DNA from: an uncultured delta proteobacterium
Lineage (GTDB): Bacteria; Desulfobacterota; Binatia; JACPRU01
NCBI GenBank assembly: GCA_963745025.1
Contig: CAVUWD010000014.1
Span: 128,001-192,000 of the forward strand
DNA length: 64,000 nucleotides
Direction: 5' to 3'
Shown: piece after piece, positions 1 to 9,395 of the stretch
Layout of the letters: every line of letters starts with the position of its first letter
Numbering within the stretch: position 1 is the stretch's first letter
Translations under genes and position numbers: made by a program
Notes under the pieces: model-generated
Database searches by the model: none
Told to the model about the DNA's origin: nothing
The model's input: only the letters and a program-made list of their open reading frames with translations

Positions 1-268
1 CGGCGTCGTGCGCGGCGAGATCCACGCGACCGAACGCCTCGAGCTGCATCGCACGGCTCGTGTGAAGGGATTGATCCGCGCGCCGCGGATTCGCATCGAC
101 GAAGGAGCGGCCTTCGAAGGCGAGTGTCGGATGGCGTCCAAGGACGCGGCGGCTAAGGCGGAGCCGCCGAAGGAAGAGAAGCGCTCCACCCCGCTGGCGC
201 TGACCCCGCCTGCCGGGCAGGCAGGCCCTGCGACGCGGCCGCCCCCGAAGACCGCCGCCCAGAGCTAG
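1..268 (+). CDS. Polymer-forming cytoskeletal protein (bactofilin), 5'-truncated by window edge
   Basis: GEIHATERLEL...ARVKGLIRAPRIRIDEGAAFEGEC is the typical bactofilin C-terminal pattern, followed by a Pro/Ala tail. Confidence 0.85.
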   Translation, partial: GVVRGEIHATERLELHRTARVKGLIRAPRIRIDEGAAFEGECRMASKDAAAKAEPPKEEKRSTPLALTPPAGQAGPATRPPPKTAAQS

Positions 269-283
269 AACGGAGCTAAGATA

Positions 284-640
284 CTAGGACGGGGCGGAGA
301 CGATCGAGGCCCCTCCCGACCGCTCGTCGCTCTCGTGCCGGAGGCGTGAGATTTCTTCGTCCCGCGCCCGGAGCTGGCGCTCGAGGATCTGCACGCGCAG
401 CTCGAACTGACGAAGCGTTCCGATCTCCTGAACCGCCTCGGTCAGCCGGCGCTCGAGCTTGCCGCGCACCAGGCGCAGGCGGCGGACCTTTCTCTCCAGG
501 GCCTCGACGGCTTGCCGGCCGAGCGGCGCCGCCTTCCGAGCGCGCCTCGGCTTCTTCGCGGATCGCTTCGGTCGCGGCGACTTCTTCGCCCCTCGCCGGC
601 TTCGGCTCGGCGCTTTCGCGCGTCTGCGGGTCGGCTTCAT
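284..640 (-). CDS. Hypothetical protein, Lys/Arg-rich N-terminus plus coiled coil
   Basis: 118-aa ORF with basic low-complexity N-terminus and heptad-like C-terminal half. Confidence 0.65.
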   Translation of the reverse strand: MKPTRRRAKAPSRSRRGAKKSPRPKRSAKKPRRARKAAPLGRQAVEALERKVRRLRLVRGKLERRLTEAVQEIGTLRQFELRVQILERQLRARDEEISRLRHESDERSGGASIVSAPS

Positions 641-687
641 CGACCGCCGCTTTTACTGTGGAAGCGCCGCCAGCGGCAAGCGTGAAT

Positions 688-1617
688 TCAATAGATCGAG
701 GGCTCGCCGAGCGGGCGGGTGCGCCAGCGCTTGTGCATCCAGATCCAGTGGTCGGGATGCTGGCGGACCATCGCTTCGAACACGCGGTTGAAGCGGCGCG
801 TGTTCTCGACCGTATCGCGCTCGCGGCCCCCGCCGCGCACGGTCTCGACGCGCGGCAGGATGACGATCTCGTGTCGCGGCGATCTGTCCTTTCGCACCAG
901 AAACACCGGATAGACCGGTGCTCCCGACAGCTCATGCAGGCGCGCCAGGCCCGGATGCGTCGACGCGGGGACGCCGAAAAACTCCGCAAAGACGCCCCAG
1001 CGGCCGGTGGCGTTCTGATCGAACGGCACGGCGACGATCCCACGCTGCCTGAGCACCTGGATGATCTCGTGCGCGGCCCGGCGCTTGGAGATCAGCACGG
1101 TCCCGGAGCGTCGTCGCTCGGCGTTGACGAAATCGTCGAACCGCGGATTGCGAAACGGCCGGTGCACCAGATGGATCGGGTTCCCGTAGATGCCGATTGC
1201 GTGCGCGAGGAGCTCCCAGTTGCCGAAATGGCCGGTGAGCACGAGGATGCCGGTCGAGCCGATGATCGTCTGCGCCTCGCCGTACCAGAATTCCGGATCC
1301 TGGAACGTGACGCGCTCGCCGATTGTTTCCTTGGTCAGCCGGTACATGTGACACCACTCGGCGGCGAAGCGGCCGAAGTTGCGCCAGGACTCGCGAAGGA
1401 TCTCGAGGCGCTCGGTTTCGGGCTTCTGCGGGAACGCGATCCGGAGATTGACGAGCGCGACGCGCCGCTGCGGGCGGGCGATCACGTAGGCGAGATCGCC
1501 GAGCCGCTCACCGAGCCGGAACGCGTTGTCGAACCCGAGCCCGCGAAACATCTTCACCGGCACGGAAAAACAGGCGAACTCGAGCTTGGCTCGCAGCGGT
1601 GACAACGGGCGCGGCAA
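688..1617 (-). CDS. Lipid A lauroyl/lysophospholipid acyltransferase (LpxL/HtrB family); start approximate
   Basis: Motifs LTGHFGNWE, PFDQ, FFG.PA and HPDHWIWMHKRWRT. Confidence 0.9.
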   Translation of the reverse strand: MPRPLSPLRAKLEFACFSVPVKMFRGLGFDNAFRLGERLGDLAYVIARPQRRVALVNLRIAFPQKPETERLEILRESWRNFGRFAAEWCHMYRLTKETIGERVTFQDPEFWYGEAQTIIGSTGILVLTGHFGNWELLAHAIGIYGNPIHLVHRPFRNPRFDDFVNAERRRSGTVLISKRRAAHEIIQVLRQRGIVAVPFDQNATGRWGVFAEFFGVPASTHPGLARLHELSGAPVYPVFLVRKDRSPRHEIVILPRVETVRGGGRERDTVENTRRFNRVFEAMVRQHPDHWIWMHKRWRTRPLGEPSIY

Positions 1618-1675
1618 GAGGGCTTGGTTTAGCCTTCGCGAGCGTCTACTTCCAGAGAGGGACGGAGGAGATTCC

Positions 1676-2398
1676 ATGATCCGCATCCGAAAGAGCGCCG
1701 AGCGCGGCCACGGAGAGCATGGCTGGCTCGACACCCGACACACGTTCTCGTTCGCGGATTACTACGATCCGCGGCACATGGGCTTCCGGGCGCTGCGCGT
1801 GATCAACGACGACCGCGTGGCGCCGCGAATGGGATTTCCCTCGCACCCTCATCGCGACATGGAGATCCTCACCTACGTAATCGAGGGCGCGCTCGCGCAC
1901 GAGGACAGCATGGGCAACGGGTCCGTGATCCGCGCGGGCGACGTACAGCGAATGAGCGCCGGCACGGGAATCGTCCACAGCGAGGTCAACGCCTCGCCGT
2001 CGCAGGCGCTGCGTCTCTTACAAATCTGGATCCTGCCCGAGCGCCAGGGACTGCCGCCGAGCTACGAGCAGAAGACCTTCTCGGAGAGCGAGAAGCGCGG
2101 TCGCCTGCGGCGCGTCGTCTCGCGCGATGGCGCCGAAGGCTCGGTCAGCATCCACCAGGACGTAGACGTCTACGCCACGGTCCTCCGCGCCGGCCAGGTG
2201 GTCCGGCACACGCTCCGCCCCGGCCGCCACGCCTGGCTGCAAGTCGCCGAGGGGGCGGTGACGTTGAACGGCCGGGTGCTCGAAGCCGGTGACGGCGCGG
2301 CGGCGAGCGACGAGACGACGCTCGAGCTTGGCGGGGAGGGGCCGCAAGCAGGGCGTGACGAGGGCGGAGCCGAGGCCCTGCTCTTCGACCTAGCGTAG
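1676..2398 (+). CDS. Pirin family protein (YhhW-like)
   Basis: RGHGEHGWLDTRHTFSFADYYDP, HPHRDMEI, MSAGTGIVHSE, LLQIW; GGAGGAG Shine-Dalgarno before ATG 1676. Confidence 0.95.
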   Translation: MIRIRKSAERGHGEHGWLDTRHTFSFADYYDPRHMGFRALRVINDDRVAPRMGFPSHPHRDMEILTYVIEGALAHEDSMGNGSVIRAGDVQRMSAGTGIVHSEVNASPSQALRLLQIWILPERQGLPPSYEQKTFSESEKRGRLRRVVSRDGAEGSVSIHQDVDVYATVLRAGQVVRHTLRPGRHAWLQVAEGAVTLNGRVLEAGDGAAASDETTLELGGEGPQAGRDEGGAEALLFDLA

Positions 2399-2602
2399 GG
2401 CGGGTGGCATGCGCGCAGCCTACGCAGTGCTCGCTGGCGACTCCGCCACGCGCCTCGACGACTGCGGCAAGTCGGGCGGCGGAGCCCACACGAATCCGGG
2501 CAGCCACGGCAGCTCCAGCGGCTACCAGCACCCCGGCGGAAGTAGCCCCCGCCGGGCGGCACCCTTCCAGCGTCCACCCGGTTATTCTAGTCTCCCCGCC
2601 GC

Positions 2603-3751
2603 GTGGGCCGGACTGGGCGGATCATTCTCTGGCTGCTGCTCCTCGTCGTCGGCGCCTTGCTGGCGCTCGTGCGCTTCACGCTCGGCGGCGGCGAACGCAT
2701 GAAGGACCGGACGACCTATCCGACGCTTCCCGCTTCCGCATTGCAGGTCGTGGCCGACTTGCCACTCCCGCCCGGAAACCTTGCAGTGTCGAAAGGTGGC
2801 CGGATCTTTTTCACGTTCCATCCCGAAGCGAGCCCCGCGATTCATGTCGCCGAGCTGGTCGACGGCAAACCCGTTCCCTATCCTGACGAAGCCTTCCAGA
2901 AGGCCGAGCGCGCAACGCCTCACTTCCGGACGCCGCTGGCGGTACGGATCGACCGCCAGGATCACCTGTGGGTTCTCGACCACGGCGGCTACGGTATCAC
3001 GGGTCAGCCACGGATCCTCGCGTTCGACCTGAAGACCAACCAGCTGATCGATCACTACGAGTTCCCACCGAGCATCGCGGGCATGTTGTCGATGCTGAAT
3101 GACTTCCAGGTCGATCCGGAAGGAAGAAAGATCTACATAGCCGACACGAGTCTCTTCGCCAGGCACCCGGCGCTCATCGTCTACGACGCCAAGAACAGAA
3201 CCAGCCGTCGCCTGCTCGATCGCCACTCGTCGGTGATGCCGAAGGACTACCTCATGAACGCTGCCGGTCGCGACATGATCTTCTTCGGGCTGGTGACTCT
3301 CGAGATCGGCGTCGACTCGATCGCCCTCGACAAGCAGGGGAAGTGGCTCTACTTCGCGCCCGTTTCCGACAGCCGCATGTTTCGGATCGCCGTGCGCGAC
3401 CTGAACGACGAGTCGTTGAGCCCCGGGGCACTCGGCGAGAAGGTGGAAATCTGGGGGCGAAAGACCCTGAGCGACGGCATCACCATGGACCTCGAGGACG
3501 ACATCTACATCTCGGATATGGAGCACTCGGCGATCTTGGAGCTGCGGCCAGACCACACGCTGGTGACTCTTCTCAAAGACGAACGCCTGCGCTGGCCGGA
3601 CGGCTTCAGCTTCGGGCCCGACGGCTGGCTCTACGTGAGCTGCAGCGCGCTCCACCAGGTGATCCTGCGAAGCAGCCGCGCGATTCACGCGCGTGCGCCC
3701 TATCAAATCTTCCGCTTCAAGCCCGGGCCGGCCGGCGTGCCGGGGCACTGA
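2603..3751 (+). CDS. Major royal jelly protein / yellow-like beta-propeller, N-terminally anchored
   Basis: N-terminal hydrophobic helix; LWVLDHG, LNDFQVD, IYIADTS, GVDSIAL, RLRWPDGFSF motifs. Confidence 0.8.
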   Translation: MGRTGRIILWLLLLVVGALLALVRFTLGGGERMKDRTTYPTLPASALQVVADLPLPPGNLAVSKGGRIFFTFHPEASPAIHVAELVDGKPVPYPDEAFQKAERATPHFRTPLAVRIDRQDHLWVLDHGGYGITGQPRILAFDLKTNQLIDHYEFPPSIAGMLSMLNDFQVDPEGRKIYIADTSLFARHPALIVYDAKNRTSRRLLDRHSSVMPKDYLMNAAGRDMIFFGLVTLEIGVDSIALDKQGKWLYFAPVSDSRMFRIAVRDLNDESLSPGALGEKVEIWGRKTLSDGITMDLEDDIYISDMEHSAILELRPDHTLVTLLKDERLRWPDGFSFGPDGWLYVSCSALHQVILRSSRAIHARAPYQIFRFKPGPAGVPGH

Positions 3752-4213
3752 GCTTTTCGCGAAGCCAGGAAGGGGCCTGCGGAGAATCGGCCAGAAGTAC
3801 GCGTGCGCGTCCTCCAAATGCGTCGGCCAATCGACGAGGAGTGTAGCAACAAGCTCGCCGTGAAGAACTCGCCCGTACGGTTTCTTCGCCATAGGAACCA
3901 CGCGCCGAGCAGGAGAAAGATCGGGATCGAGTGAAACGCATCGAATACCGTTTGCCAGCGGGGCTCGAAGTAGAGGGTTCCGAAGATCCGCTCCATCGGC
4001 TCGCGTCGGACCGCGGCTTCGAACAGGAAGAATGCGAGTATCGGTAGGTCGGGCACTACGGCCCCCAGCAGGATCCAGCCGCGGGGAGCCCCGCGCACGA
4101 TTCCGAGGGCTAGCTCGGTAAGATGTGTGTATCCCCTTTGATGGCGCCCAACGGGCGCGATCCGTGAGGTACGCTCCTAGGACGTTGAGGGCGGCGTGAG
4201 TCGGGGTGTGCAC
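3750..4213 (-). pseudogene. Membrane metal-dependent hydrolase-like protein, disrupted
   Basis: Reconstructs as VHTPTHAALNVLALG...GAVVPDLP...FDAFHS...LLHSLVDWPTHLEDAHAYFWP across three frame segments; broken by the 4110-4180 insertion and a frameshift near 3838. Confidence 0.7.
4110..4180. mobile_element. 63-bp insertion flanked by CTAG direct repeats (MITE-like or IS scar)
   Basis: CTAG at 4110-4113 and 4177-4180; removing 67 bp restores the frame AAC GTC CTA GCC CTC GGA. Confidence 0.7.
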
Positions 4214-4223
4214 CGCCGCGCGA

Positions 4224-4691
4224 TCAGACGTCTCGCTTGAGCGTCCGTTGCTCGGCGGCACGCAGCCGCTCGAGGGGCCTGTCCGCCGCAGCCCGCGGGA
4301 CCGAAGGCGTCCGGCTCTTGAGGATCTTCAGCACCTCGCTTTCTACGTTTCGTTCCCTCGTTCGTGACAGCTGCCGGCCGCGACTGAGCATCCACAGAAT
4401 CGCCAGGACTGCGAGGATCGGAAAGGCGTGCGGCACGACCGCCAGGATCACGAGCACGGCGACGATCCAGACGATCCTCGGTACACTGCGCAGCTTCGGC
4501 GAGAGCTCCTTCAGCGCCTGAGCCGAAGCCGCCGAGCCGGCGCCCGTTTTGGTCGCCTGGCTCGCCGCCTCCGTTGCGACGGCGACCGCGGAGGCGAGGC
4601 TCAGGCCCGCCGGCGATCGGCCGCAGTTCGGGCAGCGCTCGAGTGAATCGCTGGTGTCGATGCCGCAACTTTTGCAGCGAACGAGCGCCAT
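4224..4691 (-). CDS. Hypothetical membrane protein with N-terminal zinc ribbon
   Basis: MALVRCKSC...RCPNCG followed by a long hydrophobic segment. Confidence 0.7.
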   Translation of the reverse strand: MALVRCKSCGIDTSDSLERCPNCGRSPAGLSLASAVAVATEAASQATKTGAGSAASAQALKELSPKLRSVPRIVWIVAVLVILAVVPHAFPILAVLAILWMLSRGRQLSRTRERNVESEVLKILKSRTPSVPRAAADRPLERLRAAEQRTLKRDV

Positions 4692-4701
4692 CCGAAATGG
4701 C

Positions 4702-4889
4702 TCAGAAGTTCAGCTGGAGGCCGGGCCGCGGACATTCATCGACGCGAGCTTCCCGGTTCCCGAAAGCGTGATGTAGGCGGTGCTGAGATCGCGGCCGCCG
4801 AAGCAGATGTTGGTGGCGAGCGGATCGGGCATCGCAACCGGGCCTTCGGGAAACTGGAGTCCTGAGGCGATCTCGCGGATCTCGGCCAT
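4702..4889 (-). pseudogene. SMP-30/gluconolactonase family remnant with large internal deletion
   Basis: MAEIREIASGLQFPEGPVAMPD joined directly to PLATNICFGGRDLSTAYITLSGTGKL...PRPGLQLNF; GGAGAA RBS upstream. Confidence 0.8.
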
Positions 4890-5045
4890 GGGGCTTCTCC
4901 TCGTTCGTTCGCTGCGACCCTACGATACACGACGTCGCCGTGGACAACGAGCATCGCCGAGGCCGCGCCGACGCCGTGGACTCGGCGGCCTCCGAGTCGC
5001 CGCCTCTCGCCAACGGGCAGAGGGGATTCGTGGCGACCAGGGCCA

Positions 5046-6275
5046 CTACACGCGGGCAGCAAGTGCGGCGCGGAAATCCGGATGCGCGATCGCGACGAGC
5101 GCCTCGGCTCGCGCGCGGAGCTCTTTGCCTCTCAGGCGAGCGACGCCGTATTCGGTGACCACCGTGTCGATGGCATAGCGAGGCGTGGTGACCGGCGTGC
5201 CCGGCAGGAAGCGCGCGACGATGCGCGAGCGTTTGCCGTCCTCGGTCGTCGACGGCAGCGCGAGGATCGAGATCCCGCCGCGGCTCTGGGTTGCGGCTTC
5301 GATGTAATCGAGGCTCCCGCCGACCCCGCTGATCTGCACGTCGCCGATCGTCTCACCGTTCGCCTGCCCCTGAAGATCGACCTCGACGGTCGAATTGATC
5401 GACACGAAGCGCGCCAAGCGCGCGAGCGTGGCCACGTCGTGCGTGACGCGGCTCGTCGCCATGCGCACGAGGCGCGTCCGCCCGCAAAACTCGTAGAACT
5501 TCGCGTCGCCGACGAGTTCGCCGGTCGTGACCTTCGGCGTATGCTTCGCCGATTCGACGAAGGTCTCGAGCCCTTGAGAAAGCATGCCGGAGAAGAGATT
5601 CACCCCACGCTTTTCCGCCAGGCGCGAGAGTACCCGGTCGGGGATCGCGCCGAGGCCGAGCTGCACCACGGCGCCCTCGGGAACGAGGTCGAGCACGCGA
5701 TCGACGATCTGCCGGTCGCGCTCGTTCGGCGGCGGCCTGCGGTACTCGCCGAGCGGCGCATCGGATTCGACCGCGAGGTCGATACGCTCGACCGGCACTC
5801 GACTGTTTCCCGCGGTCCACGGCATGTGCGGGTTGACCTCGGCGATCACCAGCTTCGCCGCGCGCACGAAGTCTTGGTTGAGGGCGACCGAGATGCCGAG
5901 GCTCACCTCGCCCCTCCGAGGCGGCGAGACCTGTACGAGCAAGACGTCGGGGCGGATCGACCCCGCTCGCGAGACCACGCGATGGATGTCGCCGAAGCGG
6001 ATCGGCACATAGCCGATCTTGCCGGCGGAAACGAGCGGCCGCAGGCGCGGCGATGCCTGCCAGGTCACGTAGTGGAAGTGTTCGCCGAGGCCGCGATCGA
6101 GGAAGCGATAGTCGCCGAAGGACAAGCCCGAGTAGATCGTCAGATCGCGAAACCGCTCGACCTCGTCGCCGAACGCCCGGTAGAGCTCGACGAGATCGAC
6201 GGTGCCGTGCGGGAAGATCACCGCCGAGCCGTCGGGAATGGCGCGGATCGCCTCGCTCGCGGTCACCTTCCTCAC
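5046..6275 (-). CDS. Acetyl-CoA hydrolase / 4-hydroxybutyrate CoA-transferase family
   Basis: IAEVNPHMP, VQLGLGAIPD, SINSTVEVDLQGQ, SGVGGSLD, VVTEYGVA. Confidence 0.9.
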   Translation of the reverse strand: MRKVTASEAIRAIPDGSAVIFPHGTVDLVELYRAFGDEVERFRDLTIYSGLSFGDYRFLDRGLGEHFHYVTWQASPRLRPLVSAGKIGYVPIRFGDIHRVVSRAGSIRPDVLLVQVSPPRRGEVSLGISVALNQDFVRAAKLVIAEVNPHMPWTAGNSRVPVERIDLAVESDAPLGEYRRPPPNERDRQIVDRVLDLVPEGAVVQLGLGAIPDRVLSRLAEKRGVNLFSGMLSQGLETFVESAKHTPKVTTGELVGDAKFYEFCGRTRLVRMATSRVTHDVATLARLARFVSINSTVEVDLQGQANGETIGDVQISGVGGSLDYIEAATQSRGGISILALPSTTEDGKRSRIVARFLPGTPVTTPRYAIDTVVTEYGVARLRGKELRARAEALVAIAHPDFRAALAARV

Positions 6276-6343
6276 GCGGAGGTCTTCCCAGATCGTAGTT
6301 CTCGTGTCTATGTTTCCGGGCGAGCAGAACCGCGGAGGACACG

Positions 6344-7510
6344 ATGGACTTCGAGCTCACGGGGGAGCAGCAAGACATCCGCAATCAGGTACAGGCGCTC
6401 TGCGCGCGATTCCCGGACGAGTACTGGCGGGAGCGCGACCGGACGGCCGAGTTTCCCTGGGAGTTTTACCAGGCGATCGCCGGCGCCGGCTGGCTCGGCA
6501 TCACCATCCCGCGCGAGTACGGCGGAGCCGGCCTCGGTATCACCGAGGCGTCGCTCGTCATGCAGACGGTGGCCGAATCGGGCGGCGGCACGCAGGCCTG
6601 CTCGTCGATCCATCTCGGCATCTTCGGCCTCGAGCCGCTGCTCAAGTATGGCACCGAGTCCGCCAAGGGGAAGTACCTGCCGGAGATCCTGAGCGGCAAG
6701 ATGCACGTCTCCTTCGCGGTCACGGAGCCCGATGCGGGCACCAACACGACCGAGATCACGACCTTCGCGACGCGCAAGGGGGACGGGTACGTCGTCACCG
6801 GTCGCAAGGTCTTCATCACCAAGGCGCGCGAGTCCCAGAAGATGCTGCTGCTCACGCGCACGACGCCGATCGAGCAGGTGAAGAAGAAAACCGACGGGAT
6901 GACGCTCTTCTTCGCCGACATCGATCGCAGCGCGGTCGAGGTCCGCGAGCTCCACAAGTGCGGCCGCTCCGCCGTCGACACCAACATGCTCTTCATCGAC
7001 AACCTCTACGTCGCGCTCGAGGATCGCGTCGGCGAAGAGGGCAAGGGATTCTCCTACATTCTCGACGGCATCAATCCCGAGCGCATCCTCATCGCCGCCG
7101 AGGCGATCGGCATGGGCAAGCGGGCGCTCGACCGCGCCGTGCGCTACGCCAAGGAGCGCGTGGTCTTCCACCGCCCGATCGGCATGAACCAGGGCATCCA
7201 GTTTCCGCTCGCGGACTCGGCCGCGAAGCTCGAGACGGCGGAGCTCATGGTCTACAAGGCCGCCTGGCTCTACGACCACGGCCGGCCCTGCGGCAAAGAG
7301 GCGAACATCGCCAAGTACATGTCCGCCGACGCCTGCTTCGAGGCCGCCGACCGCGCCATGCAGACGCACGGCGGCTACGGCTACATCAAGGATTACGACG
7401 TCGAGCGCTACTGGCGCGAGTGTCGCCTCTTCCGCATCGCGCCGATCTCGCAGGAGATGGTGCTCAACTATGTCGGCGAGCACGTGCTGGGGCTGCCGCG
7501 ATCGTACTGA
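6344..7510 (+). CDS. Acyl-CoA dehydrogenase
   Basis: FAVTEPDAGT, GRKVFIT, QTHGGYGY, VERYWRE. Confidence 0.95.
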   Translation: MDFELTGEQQDIRNQVQALCARFPDEYWRERDRTAEFPWEFYQAIAGAGWLGITIPREYGGAGLGITEASLVMQTVAESGGGTQACSSIHLGIFGLEPLLKYGTESAKGKYLPEILSGKMHVSFAVTEPDAGTNTTEITTFATRKGDGYVVTGRKVFITKARESQKMLLLTRTTPIEQVKKKTDGMTLFFADIDRSAVEVRELHKCGRSAVDTNMLFIDNLYVALEDRVGEEGKGFSYILDGINPERILIAAEAIGMGKRALDRAVRYAKERVVFHRPIGMNQGIQFPLADSAAKLETAELMVYKAAWLYDHGRPCGKEANIAKYMSADACFEAADRAMQTHGGYGYIKDYDVERYWRECRLFRIAPISQEMVLNYVGEHVLGLPRSY

Positions 7511-7537
7511 GGGGAACCCGCTTACGTCTCGTGGTGC

Positions 7538-8860
7538 TCAACTCTGGAGGCGAGCACGTGCCGGGGTTGCCGCGGTCGTGCGGATCGAGCTGGTCGAGTT
7601 CTGAACCAGCGAGGGCTCGGTAAGCGGGACGTCAGCAGGAATCGGAAAGCGCAGCGTGAAGCGTGACCCCTTGCCGGGCTGAGACTGCAGGGTCACCGCG
7701 CCGCCGTGCGCTTCCGCGATCAGGCGCACGATGAAGAGCCCAAGACCGGTCCCCGCTTCTTCGCCTTCCGAGACGTAGGGCTCGAACAGTCGCTGCCGAA
7801 CCCCTACGGGGATTCCCGGACCGTTGTCGCTAACCGTCACCGTCACGGCGCTGCCGTCGATGCCCGTCGCGAGCTCGACCCGCCCGCCGACGGGCACGAA
7901 CTTGACCGCATTCCAGAGGAGATTGGCGATCGCACGCTGAAGATGACTCCGGTCTCCCGAAATCGCGGGCAGATGCTCGGCGAGCCGAGCTTCGAGGCGG
8001 ATTTCCTTTTCGGCCGCCGCTCGGCGCTGGTGGTGGAGCGCTTCCTTGGCGACTGCATTCAGGTCGACGAGCTGCCGTGGAGTGGCCCTCGCACCCGCCG
8101 CCGCGGACGCCATCGCGAGGAAAGTGGCGACCAACTCGGCGCTCTCCGTCGCCGCCTTCTTGATGGATTCGCAGAGGTTTCGCCGCGCGGCCTCTTCCAG
8201 CGTCTCGGGGTCGGCGAGCAGGAGATCGGCCATTGCCGCGATCGCCGAGAGCGGCGTCTGCAGGTCGTGCGTCAGCGTCGCCAGCAAGTCGGTGCGGAAC
8301 CGCTCGCGCGCGTGTGCAATCTCGGCTACGCGCCGCTCCTGTTTCGCGATCGTCACGAGGTAGCCGTAGAACGTGCCGATGCCGAAGAGAAACGGGAAGC
8401 GGAGCAGCACCGAAGGCGTCAAGATCTCCCGCAGCGGCTGGGTGCGGAGCAGGAAGAGCAAATACAGGAAGCCGATCAGCGCACAGCCACCGGCGATCAT
8501 CCCCACGCTCTCGCCGAGGGCCGCTAGAAACAACACGGAGAAGTAGAGCAGGAAGAGCTCGCCGCTGTGCTCGCCGGCGAGATACATGCCGAGGCTGATC
8601 CAGCACGTGTCGAAGAGCACGAACGTCGAGCGCAGCCACACGCTCTCGTAGGCCCGCCCCGGGAGCGCCGCGCCGACGAGGTTCGTCGCGAAGAAGATGG
8701 CGATGAACGCGAGAATCCGCGGATCGGTGCCCGCAAGGGGCCTGTCGAAAAGGACGAGGTAGGAGGCGGTGATGATCACCACCCAGCGTAAGAAGAGGAG
8801 CGTACGCTTCTTCGAGCGTAAGAATTCGGGGACGGTTGCGAACGATTCGGCGCGGCTCAC
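7538..8860 (-). CDS. Membrane sensor histidine kinase
   Basis: Multiple TM helices, H-box THDLQTPL, N-box NLLWNAVKF, DNGPGI, GTGLGL; GTG overlaps the upstream stop. Confidence 0.9.
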   Translation of the reverse strand: MSRAESFATVPEFLRSKKRTLLFLRWVVIITASYLVLFDRPLAGTDPRILAFIAIFFATNLVGAALPGRAYESVWLRSTFVLFDTCWISLGMYLAGEHSGELFLLYFSVLFLAALGESVGMIAGGCALIGFLYLLFLLRTQPLREILTPSVLLRFPFLFGIGTFYGYLVTIAKQERRVAEIAHARERFRTDLLATLTHDLQTPLSAIAAMADLLLADPETLEEAARRNLCESIKKAATESAELVATFLAMASAAAGARATPRQLVDLNAVAKEALHHQRRAAAEKEIRLEARLAEHLPAISGDRSHLQRAIANLLWNAVKFVPVGGRVELATGIDGSAVTVTVSDNGPGIPVGVRQRLFEPYVSEGEEAGTGLGLFIVRLIAEAHGGAVTLQSQPGKGSRFTLRFPIPADVPLTEPSLVQNSTSSIRTTAATPARARLQS

Positions 8861-9330
8861 GCCTGCGACTCCCTGGCCAGCTTGTTGTAGACGAGAGCCG
8901 CCTGCAGGCGGCTGGCGACGCCGAGCTTCTCGAAGTTGTGACTCAGGTGGCTCGTGACCGTCTTCTCCGAGATCGACAGCTGCGCGGCGATGTCGCGGTT
9001 GGAGAGCCCGTTGGCGACGAGCTTGATGACCTCCATCTCTCGCTGGGAAAGAGCCCGCAGAGGATCCGGCGCACCGTCCCCTTCCCGCCCGCGAACCGGA
9101 TGAATTCTCGATGCGACGTGACCGAGAGCATGGGTCCGCCCAGACTTCGCCGCGAGCCACGTGCTGAATGGCTTCGAGGAGCGGCTCCAGAGGCCCGCTC
9201 TTGAGCACGAACCCCTTGGCTCCCATGCGCGCAACCAGCGCTACGCTGTCAGGGTCGGCAAAGCCCGTCAGGATGATGAGCCGGGTCTTCGGCGACGCAG
9301 CGCGGATCCAACGACGCGTGACCGAATTGG
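8857..9330 (-). pseudogene. NarL/LuxR response regulator, N-terminally truncated and frameshifted
   Basis: Second half of a receiver domain (RLIILTGF...GAKGFVLKS) plus LuxR HTH (LSQREMEVIKL...SEKTVTSH); no start codon or phospho-Asp segment; two frame changes at about 9070-9135. Confidence 0.75.
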
Positions 9331-9370
9331 ATGTCAGAAGCCGGGAAAGGTTCGGCCGACGGTCCGAGCG

Positions 9371-9395
9371 AAAAAGCGATCCGGTCCCTTTTTCA
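9371..9395 (-). repeat. Short A/T-flanked palindromic REP-like element
   Basis: AAAAAGGGACCGGATCGCTTTTT; similar to AAAAGGGACCCGGTCGGTTTTTT at 57043. Confidence 0.5.

Noticed and set aside
2399-2600. Short ORFs between pirin and the MRJP-like gene
   Set aside because: Overlapping low-complexity frames with no family signature.
4119-4133. Tn5/Nextera adaptor contamination (AGATGTGT...)
   Set aside because: Only 8 bp match; the rest of the mosaic end is absent and the CTAG duplication argues for a biological insertion.
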